From contig CATOSD010000002.1 in the NCBI GenBank assembly GCA_951812395.1, forward strand, positions 255,049 through 319,048: 64,000 bases of DNA, written 5' to 3'. Source of the stretch: an uncultured Dehalococcoidia bacterium (lineage in GTDB: Bacteria; Chloroflexota; Dehalococcoidia; Lucifugimonadales; CATOSD01). The notes beneath the pieces are model-generated. The model was not told the DNA's origin. It saw only the letters and a program-made list of their open reading frames with translations, and did not search any database. The translations under genes and the position numbers were made by a program. The stretch's first letter is position 1. Each line of letters starts with the position of its first letter. This document shows positions 1-9,681 of the stretch, one piece after another.

Positions 1-1
1 G

Positions 2-544
2 TACTCCGCGCTCACCAATCCCGAACGCTTCCCCATGCCATCCGGCCGCCCCGGCGCTGAGATTGGTCACGGCGTCCCGATAACGTACGTGCCGCTGCGC
101 AACACCATCTTTCTGGCGCTCGCGGCGGCGTACCTGGAGAGCAACGTGCTGCACGGCATAGAGGTGGAAGGCGTAGCCCCGTCTGAAGTCGCCGCGTCAG
201 TCTACATGGCCCCAAACGCCCTGGACTACAGCGGCTATCCCGACTGCCGGCCCGAGTTCTACGAGAAGGCGAGGCAGACGCTGGACTTCGGCAGCAAGCT
301 CTGGACAGAGTACGGCGTAACGATCGGCGTCGAGACCCCCATCATCCACCTGTCGAAAGCCGAGATAGCCGCGCTGGGCACGCGGCTTGGGGCGCCTCTG
401 GAGCACACCTGGAGCTGCTACGAGGGCGGCGACGTCCCTTGCGGATCCTGCGATAGTTGCATACTGCGCGCCAAAGGCTTCGCCGAAGCCCGCATCCCCG
501 ATCCGCTGCTGTTGAGACTCGCCGCTACCCCTCGAACCGCCTGA
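2..544 (+). CDS. queC: 7-cyano-7-deazaguanine synthase (5'-truncated by window edge)
   Basis: Motifs TYVPLRN, DYSGYPDCRPEF, TWSCY and CGSCDSC. The frame is open from position 2. Confidence 0.93.
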   Translation, partial: YSALTNPERFPMPSGRPGAEIGHGVPITYVPLRNTIFLALAAAYLESNVLHGIEVEGVAPSEVAASVYMAPNALDYSGYPDCRPEFYEKARQTLDFGSKLWTEYGVTIGVETPIIHLSKAEIAALGTRLGAPLEHTWSCYEGGDVPCGSCDSCILRAKGFAEARIPDPLLLRLAATPRTA

Positions 545-1784
545 ACACCAGGCAGGCGTTCTGGCCGCCAAACCCGAAACTGTTCGACAGCACCGTGTCA
601 ACCCGCGTCTTGCGCGACACGTTGGGCACGTAATCGAGGTCGCAATCGGGGTCGGCGAACTCGTAGTTGATGGTGGGATGGATCTCGTTGTGGGCGATGG
701 ACTGGATACACGCCACCGCCTCGACGGCGCCCGCTCCGCCCAACGCGTGGCCTATCATCGACTTGGTCGAGCTGATGGGCACGCTGTAGGCGCGTTCGCC
801 AAAAAGCGACTTGATCGCTAGAGTTTCGACGTGATCGTTTTTAGGCGTGGACGTGCCGTGGGCGTTGATGTAATCGACCTCGTCGATGCCGACGCCCGCG
901 TTCTCCAGCGCCCAGCGCATCGCCCTCGCCGCGCCGGCCCCGTCCTCGTCCGGCTGCACGGCGTGGAAGGCGTCGGAGGACACTCCGTATCCGGCCACCT
1001 CCGCCAGTACGTTCGCCCCCCGGTCGATGGCGTGCTCCAGGCTCTCGATCACAAACACGGCCGCAGCCTCCGCGGGCACAAAGCCGTCGCGCTTGGCGTC
1101 GAATGGGCGGCTCGCTTTCTCTGGCTCGTCGTTGCTGCGTGTGAGCGCCTTGATGACGTTGAATCCTCCCAGCGCGAGCTGGCATATGCCTGCCTCGCAG
1201 CCGCCGCCCAGTATCACGTCCGCCGCACCCCTGCGCACCGCCTCCGTGGCCTCGCCTATGGCCTGGTTGCCGGCGGCGCAGGCCGTTATCACCGTGGAGG
1301 TATAACCCTTAAGCCCGTACAGGCGGCTCACGTTGGCCGCGGCCATGTTCGGCAGAATCATGGGGATGAAGAACGGGCTAACGCGCATACCGCCCCGCCG
1401 CATCATGATGCGAGCGTTCTCCTCGGTCACCGGAAAGCCCCCGTTGCCATTGCCCATCACCACGCCCAGACGCTCCGGGTCTTCCCTCGACAGGTCCAGG
1501 CCGCCGTTCTCTATCGCGAGCCCCGCCGCGGCCACCGCCATCTGCGAAAACCGCGCGATTCGCCGGGACTCCCTGCGGTCCATAAAATCGCCGGCGTCGA
1601 ACCCCGTCACCTCTCCGGCTATCTGGCAGGGGTACTCGCTGTAGTCGCACAGCACGCCCGGGGCTATGCCCGACCTGCCGGCCACCAGGTTGCCCCAGTA
1701 CTCGTCTATCGTCATGCCGAGAGGCGTTATCGCCCCCATGCCGGTTATCACTACTCGCCGTCTGTTGTTGTCCATAACTCTCAC
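525..1784 (-). CDS. fabF: 3-oxoacyl-ACP synthase II
   Basis: RRVVITGMG, TACAAG (catalytic Cys), NAHGTST, GHALG, SNSFGFGGQN. Confidence 0.96.
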   Translation of the reverse strand: MRVMDNNRRRVVITGMGAITPLGMTIDEYWGNLVAGRSGIAPGVLCDYSEYPCQIAGEVTGFDAGDFMDRRESRRIARFSQMAVAAAGLAIENGGLDLSREDPERLGVVMGNGNGGFPVTEENARIMMRRGGMRVSPFFIPMILPNMAAANVSRLYGLKGYTSTVITACAAGNQAIGEATEAVRRGAADVILGGGCEAGICQLALGGFNVIKALTRSNDEPEKASRPFDAKRDGFVPAEAAAVFVIESLEHAIDRGANVLAEVAGYGVSSDAFHAVQPDEDGAGAARAMRWALENAGVGIDEVDYINAHGTSTPKNDHVETLAIKSLFGERAYSVPISSTKSMIGHALGGAGAVEAVACIQSIAHNEIHPTINYEFADPDCDLDYVPNVSRKTRVDTVLSNSFGFGGQNACLVFRRFEG

Positions 1785-3271
1785 ACCGTGTCCGGGGCGC
1801 CCCTGGACGGGGGCAGCTTGATAGTTGGGTACAGCTCGGGTGATATGCCTCTCACGTGCTCTATGACCTCCGCGGCCACCGTCAGCGAGCCGGTACCCAG
1901 CACCAGGTCGCCGTCGCCGGCCATCTCGAGAGCGCAGCGGGTCCCCTCGCCCACGTCCTCTGTTCGGTACACGACCGGCAGCCCCCTGCTCTCGAACAGC
2001 TCGGCCACGCGCTCAGAGGGTGCGGACCTCGGGTGGCGCGAGCGCACCGCTACCACCACCGGCGAAAGCTGAGCGATGGCGTCCACCATGCCCTCCGCGC
2101 TGTGTCCGCCCAGCGATCCAAATATCAGGATAACACGATTGAATCGGAAGATGTCCCTGACCGCCTCCGCCAGCCGTGCCATCGATTGAGGGTTGTGGGC
2201 GCCGTCCACCACCAGCGTGCTGCCATTGGTGGACAGGACATCGAGGCGCGCTGGCCAGCGGACGTTGGCTATGCCGCTCACGATGCTGTCCTTGGGTACG
2301 GCGTAGCGGTCGGGCAGGGACTCGACGGCCGCTATGGCGGTAGCGGCGTTGGCAAGCTGGTGGTCGCCGAGGAGGGGAGTGCGAAGCCGGTAGGCGCCGC
2401 GCAGTCCCTCGACAACGAACGACTGGCCTGAGAAGTCGGAGTCCAGCTTGGAAACAGACAACTCGCGCTCGACGCGCACCAGCGGCGCCCCCCGCTCTTC
2501 GGCCACGCCTGCGATAACCTCCATGGCCGCGTCGCTGTTGGGCGCCGCCACTACAGGCACGCCGGGCTTGATGATGCCGGCCTTCTCGAAGGCGATCTTC
2601 TCTACCGTGTCTCCCAGCGTGGCCACGTGGTCCAGGCTGATGGATGTTATCGCGCAAACCTCCGGACGCACTATGTTGGTGGAGTCCAGCCTGCCGCCCA
2701 GCCCCACCTCCATCACCTGGAAGTCAGCCCCGATGCGCGCGAAGTGGACGAACGCCATCGCCGTCAGCGCCTCGAACGTCGTGGCGGGGCCGTATGGGCT
2801 ATCCTCGTCGAGGCCGAGTACCGTCGGCCATATGTGGGCCACGGCCGAGGCGAAGTCGGCCTCACTTATGGGCGTCATGCCGACGCGGATGCGCTCCGTG
2901 GCCCGGTGCAGGTGCGGTGAAGTGAACAGGCCCACCGTGTGCCCCTGCGCCGCGAGTATCGACGCCACCATTGCGGACGTGCTGCCCTTACCCTTGGTGC
3001 CGGCGACGTGTACGGTGGGCGTTGCGAGGTGGACGTTGCCCAGTCGCTGCATGAGCAACTCCATCCGCTCCAGGTGAAAGGTCGAGTGGCCGGGCCTGGT
3101 CTTCGAGCGCTCGAAGTCGGCGAGGCCCATCACCATCCCCAGCGCCTCTTCGTAGATCGGAAGGCTGTCGGGTTGGCCGGGGTCCCAGACTCTGGAATTG
3201 TCGGCGGCGGAAATGGCAAGCCCCTCCACGGTGGCGGCGCGTCCAGTGCGCCGGGCGCTGCTCATTGGCAA
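1781..3271 (-). CDS. folC: Folylpolyglutamate synthase/dihydrofolate synthase
   Basis: HVAGTKGKGST, FTSPHL, EVGLGGRLDSTN, EKAGIIK, DGAHNP. Start position uncertain. Confidence 0.95.
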   Translation of the reverse strand: MPMSSARRTGRAATVEGLAISAADNSRVWDPGQPDSLPIYEEALGMVMGLADFERSKTRPGHSTFHLERMELLMQRLGNVHLATPTVHVAGTKGKGSTSAMVASILAAQGHTVGLFTSPHLHRATERIRVGMTPISEADFASAVAHIWPTVLGLDEDSPYGPATTFEALTAMAFVHFARIGADFQVMEVGLGGRLDSTNIVRPEVCAITSISLDHVATLGDTVEKIAFEKAGIIKPGVPVVAAPNSDAAMEVIAGVAEERGAPLVRVERELSVSKLDSDFSGQSFVVEGLRGAYRLRTPLLGDHQLANAATAIAAVESLPDRYAVPKDSIVSGIANVRWPARLDVLSTNGSTLVVDGAHNPQSMARLAEAVRDIFRFNRVILIFGSLGGHSAEGMVDAIAQLSPVVVAVRSRHPRSAPSERVAELFESRGLPVVYRTEDVGEGTRCALEMAGDGDLVLGTGSLTVAAEVIEHVRGISPELYPTIKLPPSRGAPDTV

Positions 3272-3383
3272 GGAACTTTATCCTATGACGCTGGGTTTTG
3301 CTAGGGGCTAACCGCCTGGCGCGCTCCGGGAGGCCACGGCAGAGTCGGACGCGGCAGAGCCAGACATAACGTGCCTGCGCGAC

Positions 3384-3411
3384 AAAGCCCCCTCCGGATG
3401 GGGAGGGGGCT
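3384..3411 (-). terminator. Probable intrinsic terminator after the ATPase gene
   Basis: Stem AGCCCCCTCC/GGAGGGGGCT followed by a short T run on the minus strand. Confidence 0.55.
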
Positions 3412-3458
3412 CTGCTTTCATCAGGCTTGGCGCCCGGGCGGTTGGGCGCGGGTCTCGT

Positions 3459-5447
3459 CTACAAAATAGGCGCCAGGACCTTGGCCGCCGCGGCGTTGAT
3501 GCCGCTTTCCGATGCGCCGTTGGAGGGAAGCAACGAGTTGATGCGCTCGAACAAGGAGGCGGCGCGCTCCACGGTGGGCTCGGTGATCATGCCGCGCAGT
3601 TGCGAATGCCGCTGGAGCAGTAGCGCCGCCGGACGGTAGGGGTCGAATCGGCCGCCCGCGATGTGCTGGCGCCTGAAGTACGAGTCCAGGCGTTTCACTA
3701 TGCGAGGGTTGGACTCGGAAATCGACTTCATCGTCACCGGCTCGGCCAGCTCGTCGGCGTAGGCCTCATTGACCAGCTTCAGGTAGAAGGCGGGCTCGAA
3801 TAGGTCTTCGATGTCGGCGGTCCGCACCTTGGCCACCTCGACCCACTTGATGGGGTTGTGGCGCTTCACGGCGGCGTTGCGGTTTATCTGGTCGAGCTTT
3901 ACGCGGTTCTTGGTCGAAACGTCCATCATCACCGCCACGCTCACGTAGTTTTCGCCCAGCGTCGAGATGAAAGTGGGCAGGTTGTCGGCGCCGCCCACCG
4001 GAATGACAACCCAGCGCGGGTCGAGCCGCATCTGGCCGGTGGATGCCACCGCCTCCCCAAGCACCTGCATGTAAATGAGGTCGGACGGATAGTTTACCAT
4101 CAGGCAGTGGGGCGCCAGGAACAGCGTCTGCGCCATCTGGTAGCCCAGGGCGACCTGTATGGGGAACACCGTCTCGCGGTCGTTGCTTAGCGTGTCGTCG
4201 CTTACGAACGTGCCGCGGTCGTCCACGTCCTGTACCGTGCGCACCGAGCTCAACTTGTCGAGGTTGATCATGAACGGCGAGTGCGTGGAGTAGACAACCT
4301 GGTTCTTGGGCGCCAGCCGGTCGTCGATGAAGCGCAGGAAGTCGCGCTGGGCCATAGCGTGAAGGTTTAGGCCGGGCTCGTCCAGCAGCAGTATGAGGTC
4401 GGCGTCCTCCTCCTCTTCCAACGTGGAGAAGTAGGACAGGAACGAGAAGAACCAGACGAACCCCTTGGAACGCTCGTCAAACGGCACAGATACGCGATGC
4501 CTGTTGTTCCAGATGCGGACGTGCAATATAGTGCCCTGGTTCAGCGGCGGCGGGTCGTTGGGATTGGCGGCCGACAGGTCGAACTCGACCCTGAGCTGCT
4601 TGTTCTGGTTCCAGAACTCGAAGATCTCGTCGGAGATCTCTATCGAGGCCGACTCCAGCTCCGCCTTCAGGTACTCGTAGCTGATCTGGTTCTCCAGGTC
4701 TTCGAGCTTCGCGCCCACCAGCTTCAGGAGCGCTAGGAAGGTGCGGTCCGCATCGTCGAGATACTCGCCGTTCTCCACGCGATTCATCATGTCCTGTATG
4801 GAAATCCGACCCCGCATTGCGCTGTAGTCGTCGAAGTAAACGAAACGGGGCAGAAACGCCGTCATGCAGTCTTCGACCATCGCCCGTTTTAGGCCGCCCG
4901 AGAATCGCGTGTTGATCTCCTCTAGCACCGACTGCACCGAGGCCGGCTTGACCGGCAGATCCCCCAGGCACTCCGTCAACTGTTCCAGCGTGTTCGAGTC
5001 CCAAGCGTGGTGCTGTATCTCAACGGGCAGGTTTGCGCTGCCGAGGATGTTCTCTATCACCATGCGCTCATTCGCCTGGAAATCCCAGTGCAGGACGTTG
5101 TCGTACCCTTTGGATATGACCAGTGTGTCCGACTCGAGCACGCTCTCCCCGAAAACGCTCTCGACCTCCTGCATCTCGCTGTCCGTGAGCTTGAACTCGG
5201 CCTCGACGACGGTTGCGGGGCGGTCGGGGTGTATGCGCTTGTACCGCACGTAGCCCTTGCGTGGGTAATCCTTGATGTCGAAGTCGCCGCTAACGCCGGT
5301 CACGGGACTGAGGTGCCTCAGCGCGTGCAGAAACGCGGTCTTTCCCGACTCGTTCTTGCCCACCATGCACGTCACGTCGTCTATGGTGACCCAGCCGGTA
5401 TCTTCGATGCTCTTGAAGTTGGTCACCCTTGCCCGAGTAAGCTTCAT
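3459..5447 (-). CDS. OLD-like ABC/AAA ATPase with a degenerate C-terminal TOPRIM-like domain
   Basis: Begins MKLTRARVTNFKSI after an AGGAGG RBS. Walker A GKNESGKT, Walker B LLLDEPG, H-loop STHSP, C-terminal DIEDLF. Confidence 0.8.
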   Translation of the reverse strand: MKLTRARVTNFKSIEDTGWVTIDDVTCMVGKNESGKTAFLHALRHLSPVTGVSGDFDIKDYPRKGYVRYKRIHPDRPATVVEAEFKLTDSEMQEVESVFGESVLESDTLVISKGYDNVLHWDFQANERMVIENILGSANLPVEIQHHAWDSNTLEQLTECLGDLPVKPASVQSVLEEINTRFSGGLKRAMVEDCMTAFLPRFVYFDDYSAMRGRISIQDMMNRVENGEYLDDADRTFLALLKLVGAKLEDLENQISYEYLKAELESASIEISDEIFEFWNQNKQLRVEFDLSAANPNDPPPLNQGTILHVRIWNNRHRVSVPFDERSKGFVWFFSFLSYFSTLEEEEDADLILLLDEPGLNLHAMAQRDFLRFIDDRLAPKNQVVYSTHSPFMINLDKLSSVRTVQDVDDRGTFVSDDTLSNDRETVFPIQVALGYQMAQTLFLAPHCLMVNYPSDLIYMQVLGEAVASTGQMRLDPRWVVIPVGGADNLPTFISTLGENYVSVAVMMDVSTKNRVKLDQINRNAAVKRHNPIKWVEVAKVRTADIEDLFEPAFYLKLVNEAYADELAEPVTMKSISESNPRIVKRLDSYFRRQHIAGGRFDPYRPAALLLQRHSQLRGMITEPTVERAASLFERINSLLPSNGASESGINAAAAKVLAPIL

Positions 5448-5875
5448 CGGTCCGTCCCTCCTAAGTCCCAATTTCCTATGTGAATCGGTTCGTTGCCGGT
5501 AGGCGCTTCCGCTACCGCACACGCTGACGCGCCGGGTCGCAATGCGGGAGTGGCAGACCGGCCATTGTTTCAGGGTAGCTGGATTGGCCGTCTGCGGAGC
5601 ATGTCTTTAACCAGCCTGTTCAAGACCTTATTGTATGATTCAATACACATTCAAGGCTTTTTCTGGTACTAATATCGTAAGTAAGACAGATACGACTCGC
5701 GGGCGCGACGGCGCCGAAATGCGCGCGAAATCCGCGGATCGGCTCTCCGAGCGATTGAGGCGCGCGGGGGGACAAACACGCGAGTGGCGGCCTGGAAGGC
5801 CACACCCGACGCTATTGTAGGATAGAACGAGTGGGGGCTGCTTTCCGCTGAGGGGCGCGGTGGATGTCTTCTTGA

Positions 5876-6691
5876 TCAGGCGTCGTCGCTGTGCTCGATC
5901 CGCGACTCCAGGCGCCGCAGAGCCTCCTGGGTGGCGCGCAACTCCTGAAGAAGCTCATCTCGGCTCACAGGCCGTTGGAGGTCTTGCAGCCTGTCCAGCT
6001 TCGCCTCGTCGAGGTTGTTGACGATAATCGCGATGAACAGGTTGATGACGACGAATGTGCCGACTACCACGTAGCTCACGAAGTAGATCCACGCGAGCGG
6101 GTTCACCTCCATCGCCTTGTACATGACCTTGGCCCAGTCGTCCAGCGTGAGTATATTGAACAGGGTGAGCACCGACTTGCTCAGAGACCCCCAGGCGTCG
6201 GGATCGTTCTCGTGGAACATGTAGTAGCCCATGATGGCGTATACGTACACCACTATGCTCATGAGCATAAGCACGTGGAAGACGCTGGGGATGGAACGTA
6301 CCAGGGCCGCGACAATGAGCCGGAGGTCGCGAATGGTGGTTATGAGCCGCACCACTCGCAGCAGCCGCGCCAGCCGCGCGACGAGGGCAAGCTGGCCCGT
6401 AGCCGGTATCAGCGCCAGCACGATGACCAGGAAGTCGAATACGTTCCAGCCGTCCTTGAAGTACCTGAGCGGATGTGGCCAGAGAGCGAACAATTTTAGC
6501 GCAGCCTCGGCTATGAAGATGCCCAGCGCGAGCTGGAAGCCAAGGTGAATCCAGCCCGCGTACTCCAGTTCGATTCTCGGCGAGGTTCCCAGCCCCAGCA
6601 GCGCGGCGTTAGCCAATATAACGCCGATGATGAACAGCTCGAACAGGTTAGAACTGACGATGCGGTCAGCGCGTTGGGCCCATCGGTCCAT
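5876..6691 (-). CDS. BacNav-type voltage-gated cation channel (6TM)
   Basis: WNVFDF, S4 RLARLLRVVRL, pore TLDDWAK, S6 NLFIAIIVNN, C-terminal coiled coil. Confidence 0.92.
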   Translation of the reverse strand: MDRWAQRADRIVSSNLFELFIIGVILANAALLGLGTSPRIELEYAGWIHLGFQLALGIFIAEAALKLFALWPHPLRYFKDGWNVFDFLVIVLALIPATGQLALVARLARLLRVVRLITTIRDLRLIVAALVRSIPSVFHVLMLMSIVVYVYAIMGYYMFHENDPDAWGSLSKSVLTLFNILTLDDWAKVMYKAMEVNPLAWIYFVSYVVVGTFVVINLFIAIIVNNLDEAKLDRLQDLQRPVSRDELLQELRATQEALRRLESRIEHSDDA

Positions 6692-6787
6692 CGTTTAGCG
6701 TCTCTGGCTCCTGTGAGAATCTGGGGGAGATTTCGTATGTTCACTATCTCAAAACGCGCTTGGTACAGTCAAGCCGCGCCCGCGCCC

Positions 6788-7342
6788 TCAAGACAACAGG
6801 CCCGTAATCACCCGCCACCAGTCGACCACGACTTCCACTGCGTCGTATCCGTCGAGCCACTTGCCCCAGTGCAGTACGAACTCCTGAAACAACTTCAGGG
6901 CAGTCAACAATATCAGCCAAAGGGCTGCCCGCTTCCGCGTCATCTCGTAGTCCGTCTTGATGCGGTTCAGACCGGCAACCAACAGGAACCAGAATTCGAA
7001 CACATTCGGGAACAGCAGCAAGATACCCCGCCAGGAATCGACGAGCTCGAAATACGTGAAGCCGACGAGCCTGTAGCCGAAAAGCCCTATCGCCACCTGT
7101 CGCGTCACGCCCTTCCACCTCAGCGCCACCACCAGGAACGTCACCATGTACGCCTGGTCGACCCACTTGTCAAACTCCTGATAGTTGCCCACGCCGCCGG
7201 CGTCCAGCAGGCTGATCATGAACAGGTCGGAGAAGTCGACCAGAACCGCTGTCACACCACCGGCGAACGGCCACCGCAACACCGGCAGCGATCCGGCAAT
7301 GCGAACAGTCGCTATGACTAACTCTTCGAGGGTGAGTGGCAT
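6788..7342 (-). CDS. Hypothetical multi-pass membrane protein
   Basis: Hydrophobic helices with YQEFDKWVD and LFPNVFEFW motifs. Start taken at MPLTLEEL; the longer ORF overlaps the NUDIX gene antisense. Confidence 0.7.
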   Translation of the reverse strand: MPLTLEELVIATVRIAGSLPVLRWPFAGGVTAVLVDFSDLFMISLLDAGGVGNYQEFDKWVDQAYMVTFLVVALRWKGVTRQVAIGLFGYRLVGFTYFELVDSWRGILLLFPNVFEFWFLLVAGLNRIKTDYEMTRKRAALWLILLTALKLFQEFVLHWGKWLDGYDAVEVVVDWWRVITGLLS

Positions 7343-7535
7343 TATCTGCAGTCGCCGGCGCTGGGTGTCCCTGAGTGAGATGATCAAGATACCATGTAGA
7401 GGGCACAAGTTCCCAGACTTGCCGGTGTGATGGGCCTCACTCCTGCGCCCGCTCCGCAGCCGCGCGCACGCCACCGTGCGACTGGGCGTCGCTTGACTGC
7501 CAGCCAAGCGGACAAATAGAATTGTCCCAGCATCA

Positions 7536-7994
7536 TTGGCAACGGAATTCATGGAAGGCTCAACTGAAGTGTTACAGGTGGAGTCTGCCGGCGGTGTCGT
7601 GTTCCGCGAGACTGCCGGCGTCATAGAGGTCGTCTTGTGCGGAGTGCGCAACCCTCGGCTTTGGAGGCTGCCCAAGGGTACGCCCGACCAGGGCGAATCC
7701 CGTGAGCAGACGGCTCTCAGGGAGGTCTGCGAGGAGACGGGCCTGGAAGTGGAGCTGCTCGGCACAATAGGCAGCATCGAGTACGAGTTCGCCCGTCCGG
7801 GCGACGGGGCCATCTGCCACAAGACCGTACACTTCTACCTCATGGCTCCAACCGGCGGCGACCTGTCGCTGCACGACAACGAGTTCGACGTGGCCGAGTG
7901 GTTCCCCCTCGGAGACGCCCTCGACTCGCTCACCTATAGGGACGAGGCCGATATTGTTCAAAAGGGTATTCGGGAAGTCGCCCAAAAGCACTGA
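7536..7994 (+). CDS. NUDIX hydrolase
   Basis: Nudix box LPKGTPDQGESREQTALREVCEETGL. Confidence 0.92.
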   Translation: MATEFMEGSTEVLQVESAGGVVFRETAGVIEVVLCGVRNPRLWRLPKGTPDQGESREQTALREVCEETGLEVELLGTIGSIEYEFARPGDGAICHKTVHFYLMAPTGGDLSLHDNEFDVAEWFPLGDALDSLTYRDEADIVQKGIREVAQKH

Positions 7995-8574
7995 TACCGA
8001 AAAGCAGCCGATCGTGAGCGGCGATAAGGTGGTCTTGCGAGATAAGGTGTTGAGCGACGCCGAGGACGACTACGCCTGGCGCACCGACGAAGAGCTGGCC
8101 ACGCTCGACGCCACGCGACCACTGAGAATGGCGTTCAACGACTTCCTGCGCTACACCCGCGAAGAGATCGACTACCCCAGCCCGCGCTCACGGCGCTTCG
8201 CCATCGACACCCTCGATGGCAGGCACATTGGCAACTGCATGTACTACGATATCGACCTCAACCGAGGCCAGGCTGAACTGGGCATTATGATTGGCGAACG
8301 CGAGTACTGGAGCAGGGGTTACGGCACCGACTCGGTCAACACTCTTCTGAAGCACATCTTCAACTCGACCTCCATCAGCCGTGTGTACCTCCATACCCTG
8401 GATTGGAATCACCGTGCCCGCAACTCCTTCGCGAAGTCAGGCTTCAAGGAGCTAAGACCCGTGCGCCGCAACGGCTTGGACTTCATATACATGGAGGTGT
8501 GGCGCACCGAGTGGGAACGCATCGCAAACGGGCCGCGCGCTCCCATTGCCGGAGGAGAGCCCGACCAAGGCTGA
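7954..8574 (+). CDS. GNAT acetyltransferase, RimJ/RimL family
   Basis: AELGIMIGEREYWSRGYGT, NHRARNSFAKSGF. Confidence 0.88.
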   Translation: MFKRVFGKSPKSTDTEKQPIVSGDKVVLRDKVLSDAEDDYAWRTDEELATLDATRPLRMAFNDFLRYTREEIDYPSPRSRRFAIDTLDGRHIGNCMYYDIDLNRGQAELGIMIGEREYWSRGYGTDSVNTLLKHIFNSTSISRVYLHTLDWNHRARNSFAKSGFKELRPVRRNGLDFIYMEVWRTEWERIANGPRAPIAGGEPDQG

Positions 8575-8639
8575 TCGCCCCGACGGAGACTGCTTGCGGT
8601 TCATCCCGCGTACCCCGGCGGGCAGCCTCTTCCGTCGTC

Positions 8640-8668
8640 TTGACCGCGTTCGCCTCACGGCTTATATT
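8640..8668 (+). promoter_or_regulatory. Sigma70-type promoter for the NHL gene
   Basis: TTGACC-17 nt-TATATT upstream of the AGGAGG RBS and ATG at 8734. Confidence 0.55.
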
Positions 8669-8733
8669 TACGCTCAACGCGAGGACGCTCCGGCGCCCTC
8701 TCTCGCGCACTCGCTCGTAGGAGGTCTACACCC

Positions 8734-9621
8734 ATGGCTTTCGGCAGTGGAGACTACACATTTGAATTGGATGAGAACTGGGGCAAGCTACCGGAGGGGT
8801 ACGAGTTCTTCCAGGTCGCCGACGTGGCTGTCAACAAGGACGACCAGGTCTACGTCTACAACCGCAGCGCCCACCCGCTGATGGTATTCGACCGCGAGGG
8901 CAACTTCGTAAAGTCGTGGGGCGTGGAGTTCGCCAACCCGCACGGCATCCACATATCGCCCGACGGCAGCATCTTCTTTGCCGACCGCGACGCCCACGTC
9001 ATATTGAAGTACTCGCCCGATGAGCGGCTACTGCTCACCCTGGGTACACGCGACAGCCCGTCCGACACCGGCTATACGCTGCCTGAACGGGTGGTGCACC
9101 GCGCCGCGGGCCCCTTCAATCTGCCAACGGGCATTGCCGTCACGAAAGAGGGCGATATATTCGTGTCCGACGGATACGGCAACGCCCGCATGCACAAGTA
9201 CAACAGCTCCGGCGCGCTGATCACCTCGTGGGGCGCGCCCGGCAGCGCCAACCCTGTAGACTTCAACCTGCCGCACGGCGTGACCCTCGACAACGACGGC
9301 AACCTGATCGTGTGCGACCGGGAAAACAATCGCCTCCAATTCTTCGACCAGGACGGCGAGTTCCTCTACATGCGACAGGGCTTCCGCCAGCCGGCGGACG
9401 CGGTGGTGGGCCCGAACGACGAGATTTACGTCGCGGAGCTGGGCCACCGCCTGACCATAATCGACGATGACGGCGATATTCTGGCCCGGTGGGGCGACGA
9501 CAGTAGCCACGATCCGGGCCAGTTCGTCGCGCCGCACGGCATCGCCATAGACTCGCACAGCGACATCTACGTCGGGGAAGTGCTCGAAGGCCAACGCATC
9601 CAGAAGTTCGTTAGGCAGTAA
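8734..9621 (+). CDS. NHL-repeat beta-propeller (PAL-like)
   Basis: Repeated F..PHGIA....G.IYVxD units; DGYGNAR, DRENNRLQ. Confidence 0.88.
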   Translation: MAFGSGDYTFELDENWGKLPEGYEFFQVADVAVNKDDQVYVYNRSAHPLMVFDREGNFVKSWGVEFANPHGIHISPDGSIFFADRDAHVILKYSPDERLLLTLGTRDSPSDTGYTLPERVVHRAAGPFNLPTGIAVTKEGDIFVSDGYGNARMHKYNSSGALITSWGAPGSANPVDFNLPHGVTLDNDGNLIVCDRENNRLQFFDQDGEFLYMRQGFRQPADAVVGPNDEIYVAELGHRLTIIDDDGDILARWGDDSSHDPGQFVAPHGIAIDSHSDIYVGEVLEGQRIQKFVRQ

Positions 9622-9681
9622 CGCACCTCCCGAGACAACGCCGCACAACGCGGCCATAGCCGACCCAACCGGATCGGAGGC

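Noticed and set aside
2-544. queC as part of a Dpd/Qat-type defence system
   Set aside because: It looks like housekeeping QueC and its visible neighbour is fabF. The upstream context is outside the window.
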